Below, piece after piece: positions 35,016 to 45,096 of a stretch of 64,000 nucleotides of DNA; position 1 is the stretch's first letter, and every line of letters starts with the position of its first letter. The stretch spans positions 158,709 through 222,708 of the forward strand of contig SVIQ01000001.1 in NCBI GenBank assembly GCA_015069415.1, in the 5' to 3' direction. This DNA comes from Clostridiales bacterium (GTDB taxonomy: Bacteria; Bacillota; Clostridia; Christensenellales; UBA1242). The notes under the pieces were generated by a model. That model worked only from the letters and a program-made list of their open reading frames with translations. It searched no databases and was not told where the DNA came from. The position numbers and the translations under genes were made by a program.

Positions 35016-36689
35016 TTACATTTCTTGCATTGTGTCAATGCAAATTATTTCAAATCCTATTTTCATAGTGTCACGAAGAGCTTTAACGAGCATAATTTTA
35101 GCTTTAGTTGTTGCGTCGTTTCCGTCAAGCACTTTAGTCGTTGTGTAGAACTTGTTAAATGCTTTACATAATTCCATTACACGTTTTGTAATAATGCTTA
35201 TATCTCTCTTTTCAAGAGCATTTTTCATCGTTACACCGAAACCGTTTACTTGTTTTATAAGTTCAAAAGCTTCATTGTTAACCCAAGAAAAATCAGGTTT
35301 TACGTCTTTCTTTTCATACTTTCTTAAAATGCTTTCAAGACGAGTGTAAGTATATTGCATATAAGGAGAAGTTTCTCCTTCAAAACTAAAGGCTTTGTCC
35401 ACATCAAACACACAGTCTTTAATTTGTTCAACTTTTAAAACTGCAAAACTTAATGCTCCACGTGCAACTTTTTTAGCAACGTCTTCTGGATTTTCAATTA
35501 AAAACTTTCTGTCTTTTATGATTTCAGTTGCTTTATCTTGCGCTAATTTTAACAAATCCTCAAGAACTGCTTGTTTACCTTTTCTTGACGCAATTTTCCC
35601 GTCCGGCAAACTAAATCTACCATAGCCAATATGCTCCATATCCTTGTAAAAATCAAATCCTGCAAGTTCCATAATCTTAAACAATTGTTGGAAATTCAAT
35701 TTTTGAGCAACGTCTGTAACATAAATCATTTTGTCAAAATTATATTCTTTATGTCTGTCAATTACAGCACAAATATCACGAGAAGTGTAAAGAGATGCTC
35801 CATCCGTCTTAAACAACACTGCCGGTGTCAAACCATACTCTTGTAAATCTACAATTTTAGCACCTTGACTGTCTATCAAAAGATTTTTATCTTCAAGCAT
35901 TTTTTTAATTTCAGGCATGAATTGATTGTAGTACATTTCACCACGGTAATCATCAAATTTTAAACCTAAAATATCAAACATTTTCATTGCTTCTTTAAGT
36001 CCAATTTCAATTACTTTTTCGTAAATTGGATAAACTTCAGGGTCCTTATCTTCAATTTTCTTGAAAATATCTCTTGCTTTTTGAGAATAAGTTTCATCTT
36101 CTGCTTCTTTAGCATTAAATTTTACATAGTACTCTTGAAGGGCGTCATTTCCACGTTTTTCAACATCTTCCATGCTACCCCATTCTTGCATTCCACCAAT
36201 AATTTTCCCAAAAGGAGTTCCGTAATCACCAATATAATTTAAACGTTTTACTGTGTAACCGAAGTTTTCAAAAAGACGAGCAAAACTTTCTCCAATAATT
36301 AAAGTTTTAAGGTGTCCAATATGCAAATACTTTGCTAAATTTGGACTGCCGTAATCAATACAGATTGTTTTTCCTTCTCCTTCATTTGATTTAAAGTTTG
36401 AGACAGAGAATTTTTCCAAAATTTCTTTAGAAAGTTCTTCCTTTTTTAAGAAAAAGTTTAAATATCCACCCATCACTTCACATTTTTCAATCAAATCACC
36501 TATTTCGATGCTTTCAGCGATTGTTTCAGCAATTTTTACTGGATTTTGCTTTAATTCTTTAGCAAGCGTAAAACAAGGCAAAGAAAAATCTCCTTTGTCT
36601 GCACTAACACTTTCAATAATTAAATCTTCTAGATTTACGTTTTCAAAATTTGCTTTAATTTTACTAGCAATTAACTTTTTAATATTCAT
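35016..36689 (-). CDS. argS: Arginyl-tRNA synthetase
   Basis: NLAKYLHIGHLKT (HIGH motif), 557 aa, and a C-terminal DALR-type anticodon-binding region ending ...IDTMQEM. Confidence 0.9.
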   Translation of the reverse strand: MNIKKLIASKIKANFENVNLEDLIIESVSADKGDFSLPCFTLAKELKQNPVKIAETIAESIEIGDLIEKCEVMGGYLNFFLKKEELSKEILEKFSVSNFKSNEGEGKTICIDYGSPNLAKYLHIGHLKTLIIGESFARLFENFGYTVKRLNYIGDYGTPFGKIIGGMQEWGSMEDVEKRGNDALQEYYVKFNAKEAEDETYSQKARDIFKKIEDKDPEVYPIYEKVIEIGLKEAMKMFDILGLKFDDYRGEMYYNQFMPEIKKMLEDKNLLIDSQGAKIVDLQEYGLTPAVLFKTDGASLYTSRDICAVIDRHKEYNFDKMIYVTDVAQKLNFQQLFKIMELAGFDFYKDMEHIGYGRFSLPDGKIASRKGKQAVLEDLLKLAQDKATEIIKDRKFLIENPEDVAKKVARGALSFAVLKVEQIKDCVFDVDKAFSFEGETSPYMQYTYTRLESILRKYEKKDVKPDFSWVNNEAFELIKQVNGFGVTMKNALEKRDISIITKRVMELCKAFNKFYTTTKVLDGNDATTKAKIMLVKALRDTMKIGFEIICIDTMQEM

Positions 36690-36796
36690 GCTGGTATTCT
36701 AGCATAAAATAAATTATATTGCAATAATTTTCCTTAATTTTAGTCTTTTTTTAGTTTAGATCTTGACAAGTCTTCTTTTTGTGATAATATGATTTC

Positions 36797-37504
36797 ATGG
36801 AAAAATATTTACAAGAATTATCAGATTATTTTTATTCAATTTTTGAACATCATGAAGTATCTACTATAGAAACAACTAATGCTATGATGAGTTATTTAAA
36901 AGAAATTTTCAAACTTTCACAAAAAGATGTCACCAAATATGATATAACTATTAAACCTAAGAACCTTTCTAAACACCATGACACTCAAGCGCTTTTAACT
37001 TTTCCATATAACGATAATGAAACGTACGTTATAAGCATTTCAAAAAATCTTCTTAACATGAAAAATCAAGAAGATTTGAGCGATATTATATTTGGATTTT
37101 TCTCATTAGGTCACGAAATTAAACACATACTCCAATATGAACTAGAAGATGAGTTGATGCTTTCTCATTACCTCAGTCTAATAGAAATCAATGAACAAAT
37201 TGAAAGATATGAAGAAGTAGAAAATAAAAAAGTTGTTGATAATTTAAAAAAATTACTTAACAACTTATCTTACATTTCTCCAATAGAACAAGATTGTGAT
37301 GATTTTTCTTATAAAAATTTAATTTATATTTTAAAATTAATTCAAGAAAAAGCCCATGGAGACTTTAAAAATTTCATGAATTTATGTCTTGAATTATGTT
37401 ATGAATTTCAACATAAAACTAAAACTAATAGAAAACGTAAAAACCTAGACAAGCGATATCTTGAAGAACTATTAAAAAGACAAAATGTCAGCATTAATCC
37501 ATAA
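36797..37504 (+). CDS. Hypothetical protein with an HExxH zinc-metallopeptidase-like motif
   Basis: FSLGHEIKHILQYE. The promoter is TTGACA-16-TAATAT with an upstream TGTGA. Confidence 0.45.
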   Translation: MEKYLQELSDYFYSIFEHHEVSTIETTNAMMSYLKEIFKLSQKDVTKYDITIKPKNLSKHHDTQALLTFPYNDNETYVISISKNLLNMKNQEDLSDIIFGFFSLGHEIKHILQYELEDELMLSHYLSLIEINEQIERYEEVENKKVVDNLKKLLNNLSYISPIEQDCDDFSYKNLIYILKLIQEKAHGDFKNFMNLCLELCYEFQHKTKTNRKRKNLDKRYLEELLKRQNVSINP

Positions 37505-37847
37505 CGCTTGCGCATGATTTCGTATAAGCTCTAGTCAGTCCTCCAGCGCCAAGTTTAATACCGCCAAAATATCTAACCACAACAACAAGTGTGTTAGATA
37601 TATTTTTTTTCTTAATAACATTCAAAATAGGATAACCCGCCGTACCATTTGGCTCTCCGTCATCGCTACATTTTTCACTCACTTGTTCCTTATTATATAC
37701 GTACGCGTAACACACGTGCGTAGCTTTTTTATGTTCTTTTCTTAAAAGATCCAAAATATTCTTTACCTCTTCAAGACTTTCTAGAGAATATCGATAAGCA
37801 ACAAATCTTGATTTATTTATTATTATTTCTTCTGTTTTTTCTAACAT
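37494..37847 (-). CDS. IMPACT/YigZ-family protein, N-terminal domain only
   Basis: INKSRFVAYRY...ATHVCYAYVY...DDGEPNGTAGYPILNVI. At 117 aa it lacks the usual C-terminal domain. Its 3' end overlaps the convergent ORF by 11 nt. Confidence 0.7.
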   Translation of the reverse strand: MLEKTEEIIINKSRFVAYRYSLESLEEVKNILDLLRKEHKKATHVCYAYVYNKEQVSEKCSDDGEPNGTAGYPILNVIKKKNISNTLVVVVRYFGGIKLGAGGLTRAYTKSCASVMD

Positions 37848-37858
37848 TTTAACCTCAT

Positions 37859-38536
37859 TTAGTACTTAAAAATAATTTTAGCAATATGTTTTATTACAGC
37901 ATTAAAACGTGACTCATTTTGTTTTACTACAAGCTCAACCTTTCCTATTACTTGATTTTTTAAAACAAATCCATGTGTTACGCTGTCTGTCGTTTCTCCC
38001 CAGTTGTCACCCATTAAAAAATATTGATTTTTTCCACATTTTAAAGCCAAATCTCCACTTTTGTCAATTACTACGTTGTCCGCCATTTGGGGATTAGCTA
38101 ACAATGAATTAAAACTTTTGAAATATTCATATGTTCCACCAGTCAATCCATGCTGAGACACATAAGTTATTTTTTGTTTTTCTACTTCAACATTGTTTAC
38201 ATACAAAACATAGTTATCATTTTCTTCTTTGATTGTCAAAATATCGTTTGGTCCTGCAACTATACGTTTAATTATATCTCCTCTAACAGGCCAATTTGTT
38301 TTTATAACAACAATGTCTCCAACATCAAAATCCTTGAAATTGTTAACATAAACAATATCTCCTATTTCATCAGAGTTTTCTGCATTTTTGTTTAATGTGG
38401 GATACATTGAATAACCAACGACTCCATACGCAGAGTAACTAATTTTAAAACAAAGTGAAAACAAACAAAAAAATCCTAACGCAACAAGAAGTAGCGTTAA
38501 AACTAAATCAACTAAATCTTTTAGTTTTGCTTTCAT
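37859..38536 (-). CDS. lepB: Signal peptidase I (S26 family)
   Basis: An N-terminal TM helix, GYSMYPTL (catalytic Ser box), DIIKRIVAGPND (Lys box) and GDNWGETTDS. Confidence 0.85.
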   Translation of the reverse strand: MKAKLKDLVDLVLTLLLVALGFFCLFSLCFKISYSAYGVVGYSMYPTLNKNAENSDEIGDIVYVNNFKDFDVGDIVVIKTNWPVRGDIIKRIVAGPNDILTIKEENDNYVLYVNNVEVEKQKITYVSQHGLTGGTYEYFKSFNSLLANPQMADNVVIDKSGDLALKCGKNQYFLMGDNWGETTDSVTHGFVLKNQVIGKVELVVKQNESRFNAVIKHIAKIIFKY

Positions 38537-38611
38537 ATTTAAATTATATCACAAAAAAAGAAAATTTAAAAGAAATTAAGGACACAAAAAGAAAAAGGCA
38601 GTGCCTTTTTC

Positions 38612-40045
38612 TTACTCTTTGTCCACTATTACTAAATCAGAATTTTGAATTGTGGTTTCTGATGTATTAAATGTTACTCCATTTCTTAAAACCACGAATG
38701 CAACCTTATCTTGATTTCCACAAGCCAACAACCAATCTCCTATTTCGAAAGCTCTGTTTGCCAGGTGAGTTGTTCCATTTATGATTACACCTTGCACAAC
38801 ATCATCTTTTTGAATTCCGCATCTATCTGCCACTTTACCGCTAGTAACGTCAACAATCTTAAATTCATCTTTTAAAGTAATTAATCCATTTTCATAAACT
38901 TGATGAGCGTTATCTGTATTATATGTTACACCCATAAGAACTCTTGTTACTTCATGTAAATATCCATCATATTTTTCGATTACTTGATCAGCAACTTTAA
39001 CAACCATATCAACAGGTAAAGCATAAGCATAATTTTCTAAATCTTTACCTTCTGAATTCGTGTACGTTTTAGCATTTACTAAACCAATCAATTCGCCCTT
39101 CTTATTATACAATCCGCCACCAGAATTACCTCCATTTACAGAAGTGTCAATTCTCATAACTCTAAATCTATGTTCCTCACTTGAATCACATCTTTGCATT
39201 GTAAGATTTTGGCTTTCCACAGAAACAACACCTTTTGTAACACTAACGCCTTCGCCTTCAGGATTTCCAATTGCAATAGCGTCTTCTCCGGCACTATACA
39301 TGTCTGCTACATCTACCGCTCTTGCTGTAGGATTTTGCTCTTTTAATTTCGCCGTTTCCACTCTTACAACTGCAGTGTCATAAACCGCTGCTCCACCTAG
39401 AATTTCAACTTCTAAAGCGTCTTCGCTCATTGTATGTTCAACATATCCATTTGCACTTGCGGTAGAGTTTGTAACAAATCCAACCTGTCCACCATATGTG
39501 TAGATATAAGTGTTAGTAGCATAATTATTTACAGTATAATTGTCAGCACTTTTGTAAAGATATACAACATGATAATTTGTTAAAATGTATGAATAATCCT
39601 CATCCATTTTGTAAATCACACCAGCACCACAGTACATTTCTGACTTCTTAGTTTGAGGAATATGGAATTCTGAGTAAAAAATTACTGCAGACTGTAAAGC
39701 TTTGTTTGTGAACTGGAGCGATAAATTATTTTCATATTCTTCGTATTCATCTTTAAAGTAATCATGTAAAAAGACGTCAAACTCAGTTTCTTCATAAAGC
39801 CCTTTTTCAACTAGCTCATCAAATAAAGTTGTGATTGTTAAATCTTCTCCATCTTTACCGTCTTGACCTTGAACCACTTGAATAATTTCAGATTCTTTAG
39901 AGCCATCAGACATATTTGAAACAATTTTTACAATGTCGCCTTCTCTAACAACATCTATTGACTCAACATAATTTGTGCTACAACCACTTAAAAGGAAAAC
40001 AGGAAGTAACAAAAACATTAAAACTATCACTCGTAATTTTTTCAT
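38612..40045 (-). CDS. Lipoprotein-anchored trypsin-like serine protease with C-terminal PDZ-like domain (HtrA-like)
   Basis: Lipobox FLLSGC. Candidate catalytic His in TNYHVV, Asp in YDTAVVRV, and Ser in GNSGGGLYNKKGELIGLVNA. Confidence 0.8.
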   Translation of the reverse strand: MKKLRVIVLMFLLLPVFLLSGCSTNYVESIDVVREGDIVKIVSNMSDGSKESEIIQVVQGQDGKDGEDLTITTLFDELVEKGLYEETEFDVFLHDYFKDEYEEYENNLSLQFTNKALQSAVIFYSEFHIPQTKKSEMYCGAGVIYKMDEDYSYILTNYHVVYLYKSADNYTVNNYATNTYIYTYGGQVGFVTNSTASANGYVEHTMSEDALEVEILGGAAVYDTAVVRVETAKLKEQNPTARAVDVADMYSAGEDAIAIGNPEGEGVSVTKGVVSVESQNLTMQRCDSSEEHRFRVMRIDTSVNGGNSGGGLYNKKGELIGLVNAKTYTNSEGKDLENYAYALPVDMVVKVADQVIEKYDGYLHEVTRVLMGVTYNTDNAHQVYENGLITLKDEFKIVDVTSGKVADRCGIQKDDVVQGVIINGTTHLANRAFEIGDWLLACGNQDKVAFVVLRNGVTFNTSETTIQNSDLVIVDKE

Positions 40046-40178
40046 TTAATTCCCCTTCATTAATCTATAGTTATATTATACTGAATAAATAATAAAATTC
40101 AAAATAATTTAAAAAACTTTTTGTAAAAATCTTGTCAAGAATTAAAAAGTATGATATTCTTCCTAAAAGAGGAACATA

Positions 40179-41045
40179 ATGTTAAGCAAAGAAAATCTAG
40201 AAGAATTATTAACTATGAGTGATGAAGAATTTGCTAGAAAAACAAGTAACACGCCTAAAGTAAAACATAAGGAAGAAAAAGAAGTAATTAAAAGCAAATC
40301 ACCTCAATTTAGCAAAAACATTCATTTCGCGCACAGAGAAAGAATGAGAGACAAATATTTAGACACTGGTTTTGAAAACATGTTAGAACACGAAAAGATT
40401 GAAATGTTTCTATTTTTCTTACTCCCACGAAAGAATACTAATGAAATTGCTCACGTAATTAAAGAAAGATTTGGTAATTTGAATAATTTTCTTAATGCTC
40501 GTCCAGCAGACATCTTAGAAGTTACCGGTCTTGGCAAGAACAGTCTTGTCGGCATAGATTTTCTCAAGAAAGTTTCCTCATCTTATCATTTAAATAAAGA
40601 CGTTGGTATCACAGTAGATTTATCAACATCTAAAAACTTTATTGATTACATAAAATCTAAACATATTGTTGGCGACAACGAAGAATTTTTCTGTTTCTGT
40701 ATGAATGCTTACTACAAATTCATAAAAGAATTTAAAATTACTAGTGAACATTCTGAATTTATTGAAATCAGTAAACGATCTTTTATTAAAAAAGTTGCCG
40801 ATCCAGATATAAAACATGTTGTAATTATTCACACTCATCCAAAAGGTTCTGTAAAACCAAGTCGCATGGATTTGAAATCAACTTTGAATTTAATTGAAGC
40901 ATGTTCCAGCATTGGCATTGATGTTTACGACCATTTTATATTAAGCAGAACAGAATCTTTCTCTATGAGAAATGAAAAAATACTAGACCATTTAAAGAAC
41001 AATGATCTAGTAAGAGCCAAAGAATTATTAGGCTATTTCGATTAA
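40179..41045 (+). CDS. radC: RadC-like JAB/JAMM-domain protein
   Basis: HVVIIHTHPKGSVKPSRMDLKST (the HxHPxG...PSxxD pattern), with an HhH-like region upstream. Confidence 0.8.
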   Translation: MLSKENLEELLTMSDEEFARKTSNTPKVKHKEEKEVIKSKSPQFSKNIHFAHRERMRDKYLDTGFENMLEHEKIEMFLFFLLPRKNTNEIAHVIKERFGNLNNFLNARPADILEVTGLGKNSLVGIDFLKKVSSSYHLNKDVGITVDLSTSKNFIDYIKSKHIVGDNEEFFCFCMNAYYKFIKEFKITSEHSEFIEISKRSFIKKVADPDIKHVVIIHTHPKGSVKPSRMDLKSTLNLIEACSSIGIDVYDHFILSRTESFSMRNEKILDHLKNNDLVRAKELLGYFD

Positions 41046-41885
41046 TTATTTTTTACGGAAGAAGATTGAAATTAAATCTGGACCCGTATGACAACCAATA
41101 ACTTGTGTTAAATCGCAAATTATTGGTTTTTTGTTAATTTCCTTTTCAACCAAATCAGCAACAACTTTTGCATCCGCCATTGATTCAGCGTGACAAATGA
41201 AAACATCACTACCTGAAGCCATATTTTCCAAACAAATTCTTGCTAATTCTTGTAAAGATTTTTTTCTTGAAATAACTTTCTTGTGTGCTACAAGATGTCC
41301 TGTTTCATCAACCTTTAAAACTGGTTTAATGCTAAGAAGTGAACCAATTAAAGCCGTAACTTTGCTAATTCTTCCGCCTCTCATTAAGTACTTTAATTGA
41401 TCAACAGTGAAGAATGAACAAATATCAAACTTGATTTTGTTTAATTTTTCAGCAATTTCATCAATTCCCATGCCTTGTTTTCTCATTTTGTCAGCTTCAA
41501 GAACAAGTAATCCTTCTCCCATTGCTGCATTTAAAGAGTCAATGATAACAAGTTTGTTTGAATGAGTTTTGTTTAAATCCTCTGCTATCTTGAACATTGT
41601 GTCAGTGTTTCCACTTAAGGCGCTTGACAAACTTATATGTAAAACATCTTCACCGCTAGACAAAAGTTCTTCAAAGTACTCACGTCCAACTTCTCTGTTA
41701 ATTTGAGCAGTTTTAGGAGTGGCTCCTTTTTTCATTTTGTCGTAGAACTCACTTGGAACAAGTTCTTCACTTAAATCATTGTAAACGTCATCGTTTAAAA
41801 TTATTTGTAAAGGAATCATTTTAATATCTAATTCCTCATAATACCCTTGCGGTAAATTTGCTGTTGAATCTGTTGATAAAATCAT
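41046..41885 (-). CDS. DegV-family fatty-acid-binding protein
   Basis: STDSTANLP N-terminus, LSSALSGN and KYLMRGGRISK motifs. Confidence 0.85.
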   Translation of the reverse strand: MILSTDSTANLPQGYYEELDIKMIPLQIILNDDVYNDLSEELVPSEFYDKMKKGATPKTAQINREVGREYFEELLSSGEDVLHISLSSALSGNTDTMFKIAEDLNKTHSNKLVIIDSLNAAMGEGLLVLEADKMRKQGMGIDEIAEKLNKIKFDICSFFTVDQLKYLMRGGRISKVTALIGSLLSIKPVLKVDETGHLVAHKKVISRKKSLQELARICLENMASGSDVFICHAESMADAKVVADLVEKEINKKPIICDLTQVIGCHTGPDLISIFFRKK

Positions 41886-41943
41886 ATTTTTTCTCCTCTA
41901 ATTTTTCTTTAAAAGAAACTTAATTCTATTTAAAGAATGAAAT

Positions 41944-43191
41944 TTACTTTATTTTTAATTTTACTAGCGTTTCTACGTTTTTTGTGTTTGGAAACATATC
42001 AAACGCTTCGATTTTTTCAATTTCATAAAAATCTAAAATCTCTCGTAAATCTTTCGCTAGAGCAATAGGATTACACGAAATATATATTAAATTTTCTACT
42101 CCGATTATACCACACATTATATTTTTTCCGCAACCCTTTTTCGAAGGATCCAGAATTAAAGTGTCAATATTTTTCAAATTTTTCTTAAATTTTACATTAA
42201 AATCGCCTAAAACATTAGTCAAATTTGTTATTTTGTTAAAATTTTTCAACTTTTCAGCAGACAAATGTGATGATTTCTCAATTTCAATTCCTACTACACT
42301 TTCCGCTTTTTTAGCTAAAACTGCACTAAGAAGTCCTTGTCCGCTAAAACCATTTAAGACTTTTGAATTAGGATTAATCAAATCTAAAACTCGCTCATAC
42401 AGCACCTCTTGTATCTCATCATTCGTTTGATGAAAACTCATGATATCTATCGGGTACTTAACTCCAAAAGTTTCATTTTCAAAACTATCAATCCCGGCAA
42501 CATGAATTACCTTACCGCTTAAAACAACACTATCGTTACGTTTGTTAATTATGTTAAATAATCCACAATTTTTTAAATTTAATTCTTTTGAAAAATTATC
42601 CAAATTACAAGGAGAATTAGAAACAACTCCAATTAACGTATTATTTTTAATATTTCTTACAACTAAATTTTTAATTTTGTTTTTTTCATTGGAATTTTTA
42701 ATGAATTTTTTAAATTTTTCTAAAATATTATTAATTTCTAATTTAGAAATTAAACACTTATTTATATCTACAATTTCATGAGAATTTTTTTTAAAAAATC
42801 CAATATTATTATTTTTTATCATAAATGATGCTTTATTTCTGTAAAAATAATCATTTTTTGAAAAAATATTTTCAACTTTTACTTCAATATTTGCAATTTT
42901 TTTAATTGTTTTTTCAATTAATAATTTTTTAAAATTTAATTGTTCTTCTTTTGACATATGTTGTAAGTCGCAACCTCCACAAACTCCAAAATAAGGACAT
43001 GGAGGATTAACTCTTTGTTCGCTTTTTAATAAAATTTTATTCAATTTACAAACAGAGAAATTTTTATTATCTTCAACAATTTCTGCTTCAATTTTTTCTC
43101 CCAGCATTGCATTTTCCACAAGGCAAACTTTGCCATCTTGCTTTGCAACACCTTCACCATTCATTCCATAATCAAAAATTTTTAATTCCAT
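41944..43191 (-). CDS. RNA (uracil-5-)-methyltransferase, RumA/TrmA family
   Basis: TRAM-like N-terminus, Fe-S cysteines CPYFGVCGGCDLQH, DPSKKGCG, and the nucleophile motif YISCNP. Confidence 0.8.
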   Translation of the reverse strand: MELKIFDYGMNGEGVAKQDGKVCLVENAMLGEKIEAEIVEDNKNFSVCKLNKILLKSEQRVNPPCPYFGVCGGCDLQHMSKEEQLNFKKLLIEKTIKKIANIEVKVENIFSKNDYFYRNKASFMIKNNNIGFFKKNSHEIVDINKCLISKLEINNILEKFKKFIKNSNEKNKIKNLVVRNIKNNTLIGVVSNSPCNLDNFSKELNLKNCGLFNIINKRNDSVVLSGKVIHVAGIDSFENETFGVKYPIDIMSFHQTNDEIQEVLYERVLDLINPNSKVLNGFSGQGLLSAVLAKKAESVVGIEIEKSSHLSAEKLKNFNKITNLTNVLGDFNVKFKKNLKNIDTLILDPSKKGCGKNIMCGIIGVENLIYISCNPIALAKDLREILDFYEIEKIEAFDMFPNTKNVETLVKLKIK

Positions 43192-43334
43192 AATTTACCA
43201 ACTTTTTTTAAATTTTACTTAAAGATCATCAAAAAGTCAAAGAAAATATGTAAAATTTTAGCTTTTTATATTATTTTTGTTTGAAATATATATTTTTTTA
43301 TGTTATATTATATCTTGTTATCAAAGGAGAAAAT

Positions 43335-44237
43335 ATGGCAAAAGTTGCTTTGATTGCAGACAACTCTGCAGGTCTTACTGAACAAGAAATTAAAGATTAC
43401 AATGTCGCAAAAATTATTCCAATTTCATTTATTGTTAACGGTGATGAATATTATGAACATGTAAATATGTCTTACACGGATTTTTATAATTTTTTGAAAG
43501 ATAAAAACACAACTGTTAGCACCTCTCAACCAAGCGTAGAAGACGTAAAAGATGCGTGGAGAGAAGTTTTAAAAGAATATGATGAAATTGTTTACATTTT
43601 ACTTTCTAGCGGTCTTAGTGAAGCATGTAACAGCGCAATCAATGCTAGCAACGACGATGAATTTTCAGGCCGTGTTTTTGTTGTAAACAATCAAAAAGTT
43701 TCATACCTTAACAAGCTCGCAGTTTTTGAAGCTAGACATTTAATCAATCAAGGTAAATCTGCAAAAGAAGTTAAAGATTACTTAGAAAAAACAAAAATGG
43801 ACTGTGGAATTTACATTGCAGTAGACACACTAAAATATTTAAAAAAGGGTGGAAGAATTACTCCTGCAGCTGCAACCATTGGAACTTTGTTAAATATTAA
43901 ACCAATCCTACAAATTCATGGTGGAAAACTTGACGCTTACGCAAAAGTTATGTCTATGAAACAAGCAAAAACGAAAATCATTTCAGCAATCAGAAAAGAA
44001 GTTGAAGAAAAATTCCCAGAAGAATTAAAACAAGGAAAAGTACATATAGGAATGGCTCACTCCAATCCAACATTAGACGAACATGAATTAAATCTAATTG
44101 AAGATGAAATAAAAGAGGCTTTCCCAGATATGTCATTATTTAAATTTGACCCATTGCCATTATTTATCGCATGTCACACTGGTCCTGGAGCATTAGGAAT
44201 TGGTTATTGCGTTGACCATTTAGGAATTATAAAATAA
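43335..44237 (+). CDS. DegV-family fatty-acid-binding protein
   Basis: SD aaaggagaa precedes MAKVALIADNSAGL. LSSGLSEA and KYLKKGGRITP motifs are present. The tracked TTG start at 43281 lies upstream of the SD. Confidence 0.85.
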   Translation: MAKVALIADNSAGLTEQEIKDYNVAKIIPISFIVNGDEYYEHVNMSYTDFYNFLKDKNTTVSTSQPSVEDVKDAWREVLKEYDEIVYILLSSGLSEACNSAINASNDDEFSGRVFVVNNQKVSYLNKLAVFEARHLINQGKSAKEVKDYLEKTKMDCGIYIAVDTLKYLKKGGRITPAAATIGTLLNIKPILQIHGGKLDAYAKVMSMKQAKTKIISAIRKEVEEKFPEELKQGKVHIGMAHSNPTLDEHELNLIEDEIKEAFPDMSLFKFDPLPLFIACHTGPGALGIGYCVDHLGIIK

Positions 44238-44317
44238 AAAAGACTTTCAAAAAGTCTTTTTTTTAATTTGTACTTTTTAGCCTTATTATACTCTTTATTA
44301 TATATTAATATGTAATA

Positions 44318-44980
44318 TTACTTTTTTATTATATGGAATTCACGTTTGTCAAAATCAATTATACCATCTTCTCGTAGTTTTGTTAGTTCCCATGACATAG
44401 CACTTCTATCCACACCCAAGTACTCAGCAAGTTCTGTTTTACTCATGCTAAGTGTAAAATAATTCGAATTAGCCTTATTTGACTCTGTAGTCAAGTAAGA
44501 CAACAACTTTTCTCGCGTTGTTCTTTTTGACATATGTCCTAATTTTTCTAACAATTTAGCATTACTATCCGCCACCATTTCCATTAGGTTTTTAATGACG
44601 AATTCATGACGCTTGCATCGATTATCACACATAGTAATAAGTCTATGTTTATCCATAAAAAGTACTAAAGTTTTTTCTGTCGCAAGCAAATTATCTTTGT
44701 GAAATTTTGCTTTTGCAAATGCTAATTCAGCTCCAAAAACGTCTCCTTTCTTAAGTCTCATCACAGCCGATATATTGCCCATAGAGTCAACAGTCTCCAC
44801 TACACATTCCCCTTTTAAGACTAAAATCACGTCTTCAAAAGGATCATCTTGACTCACAATATACTCATTTTTCTTGTAGGTTTTGAACCTAGTTTTTAAG
44901 CAATACATCATTGCTTGGCACTCAAATTCGCTAGCAACAGAAAACAATTTTGTGGCTTTTAATTCTTCATAATTTTCCAT
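44318..44980 (-). CDS. Crp/Fnr-family transcriptional regulator
   Basis: An N-terminal cNMP-binding-like beta-roll and a C-terminal HTH MSKTELAEYLGVDRSAMSWELTKLREDGII. The likely start is MENYEEL, preceded by SD aaagga. Confidence 0.8.
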   Translation of the reverse strand: MENYEELKATKLFSVASEFECQAMMYCLKTRFKTYKKNEYIVSQDDPFEDVILVLKGECVVETVDSMGNISAVMRLKKGDVFGAELAFAKAKFHKDNLLATEKTLVLFMDKHRLITMCDNRCKRHEFVIKNLMEMVADSNAKLLEKLGHMSKRTTREKLLSYLTTESNKANSNYFTLSMSKTELAEYLGVDRSAMSWELTKLREDGIIDFDKREFHIIKK

Positions 44981-44994
44981 AATTTTTTCCTTTT

Positions 44995-45010
44995 TGTTGT
45001 AAAAACAACA
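44995..45010. promoter_or_regulatory. Perfect 6-4-6 palindrome TGTTGT-AAAA-ACAACA upstream of the nrdD promoter
   Basis: Read directly from the sequence. TATAAT is at 45032..45037, which puts the palindrome centre about 41-42 nt upstream of the expected transcription start. Confidence 0.45.
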
Positions 45011-45096
45011 CAATTCTTAAAAAAATGATACTATAATGAGGGTATAAAGTCAAACGAAAAGCGCTTAGTTTGATGAAAAAATTTACGGAGGGGAAC

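Noticed and set aside
34698-35171. 157-aa plus-strand ORF spanning the lysS/argS junction
   Set aside because: It is antisense to two strongly supported aminoacyl-tRNA synthetase genes.
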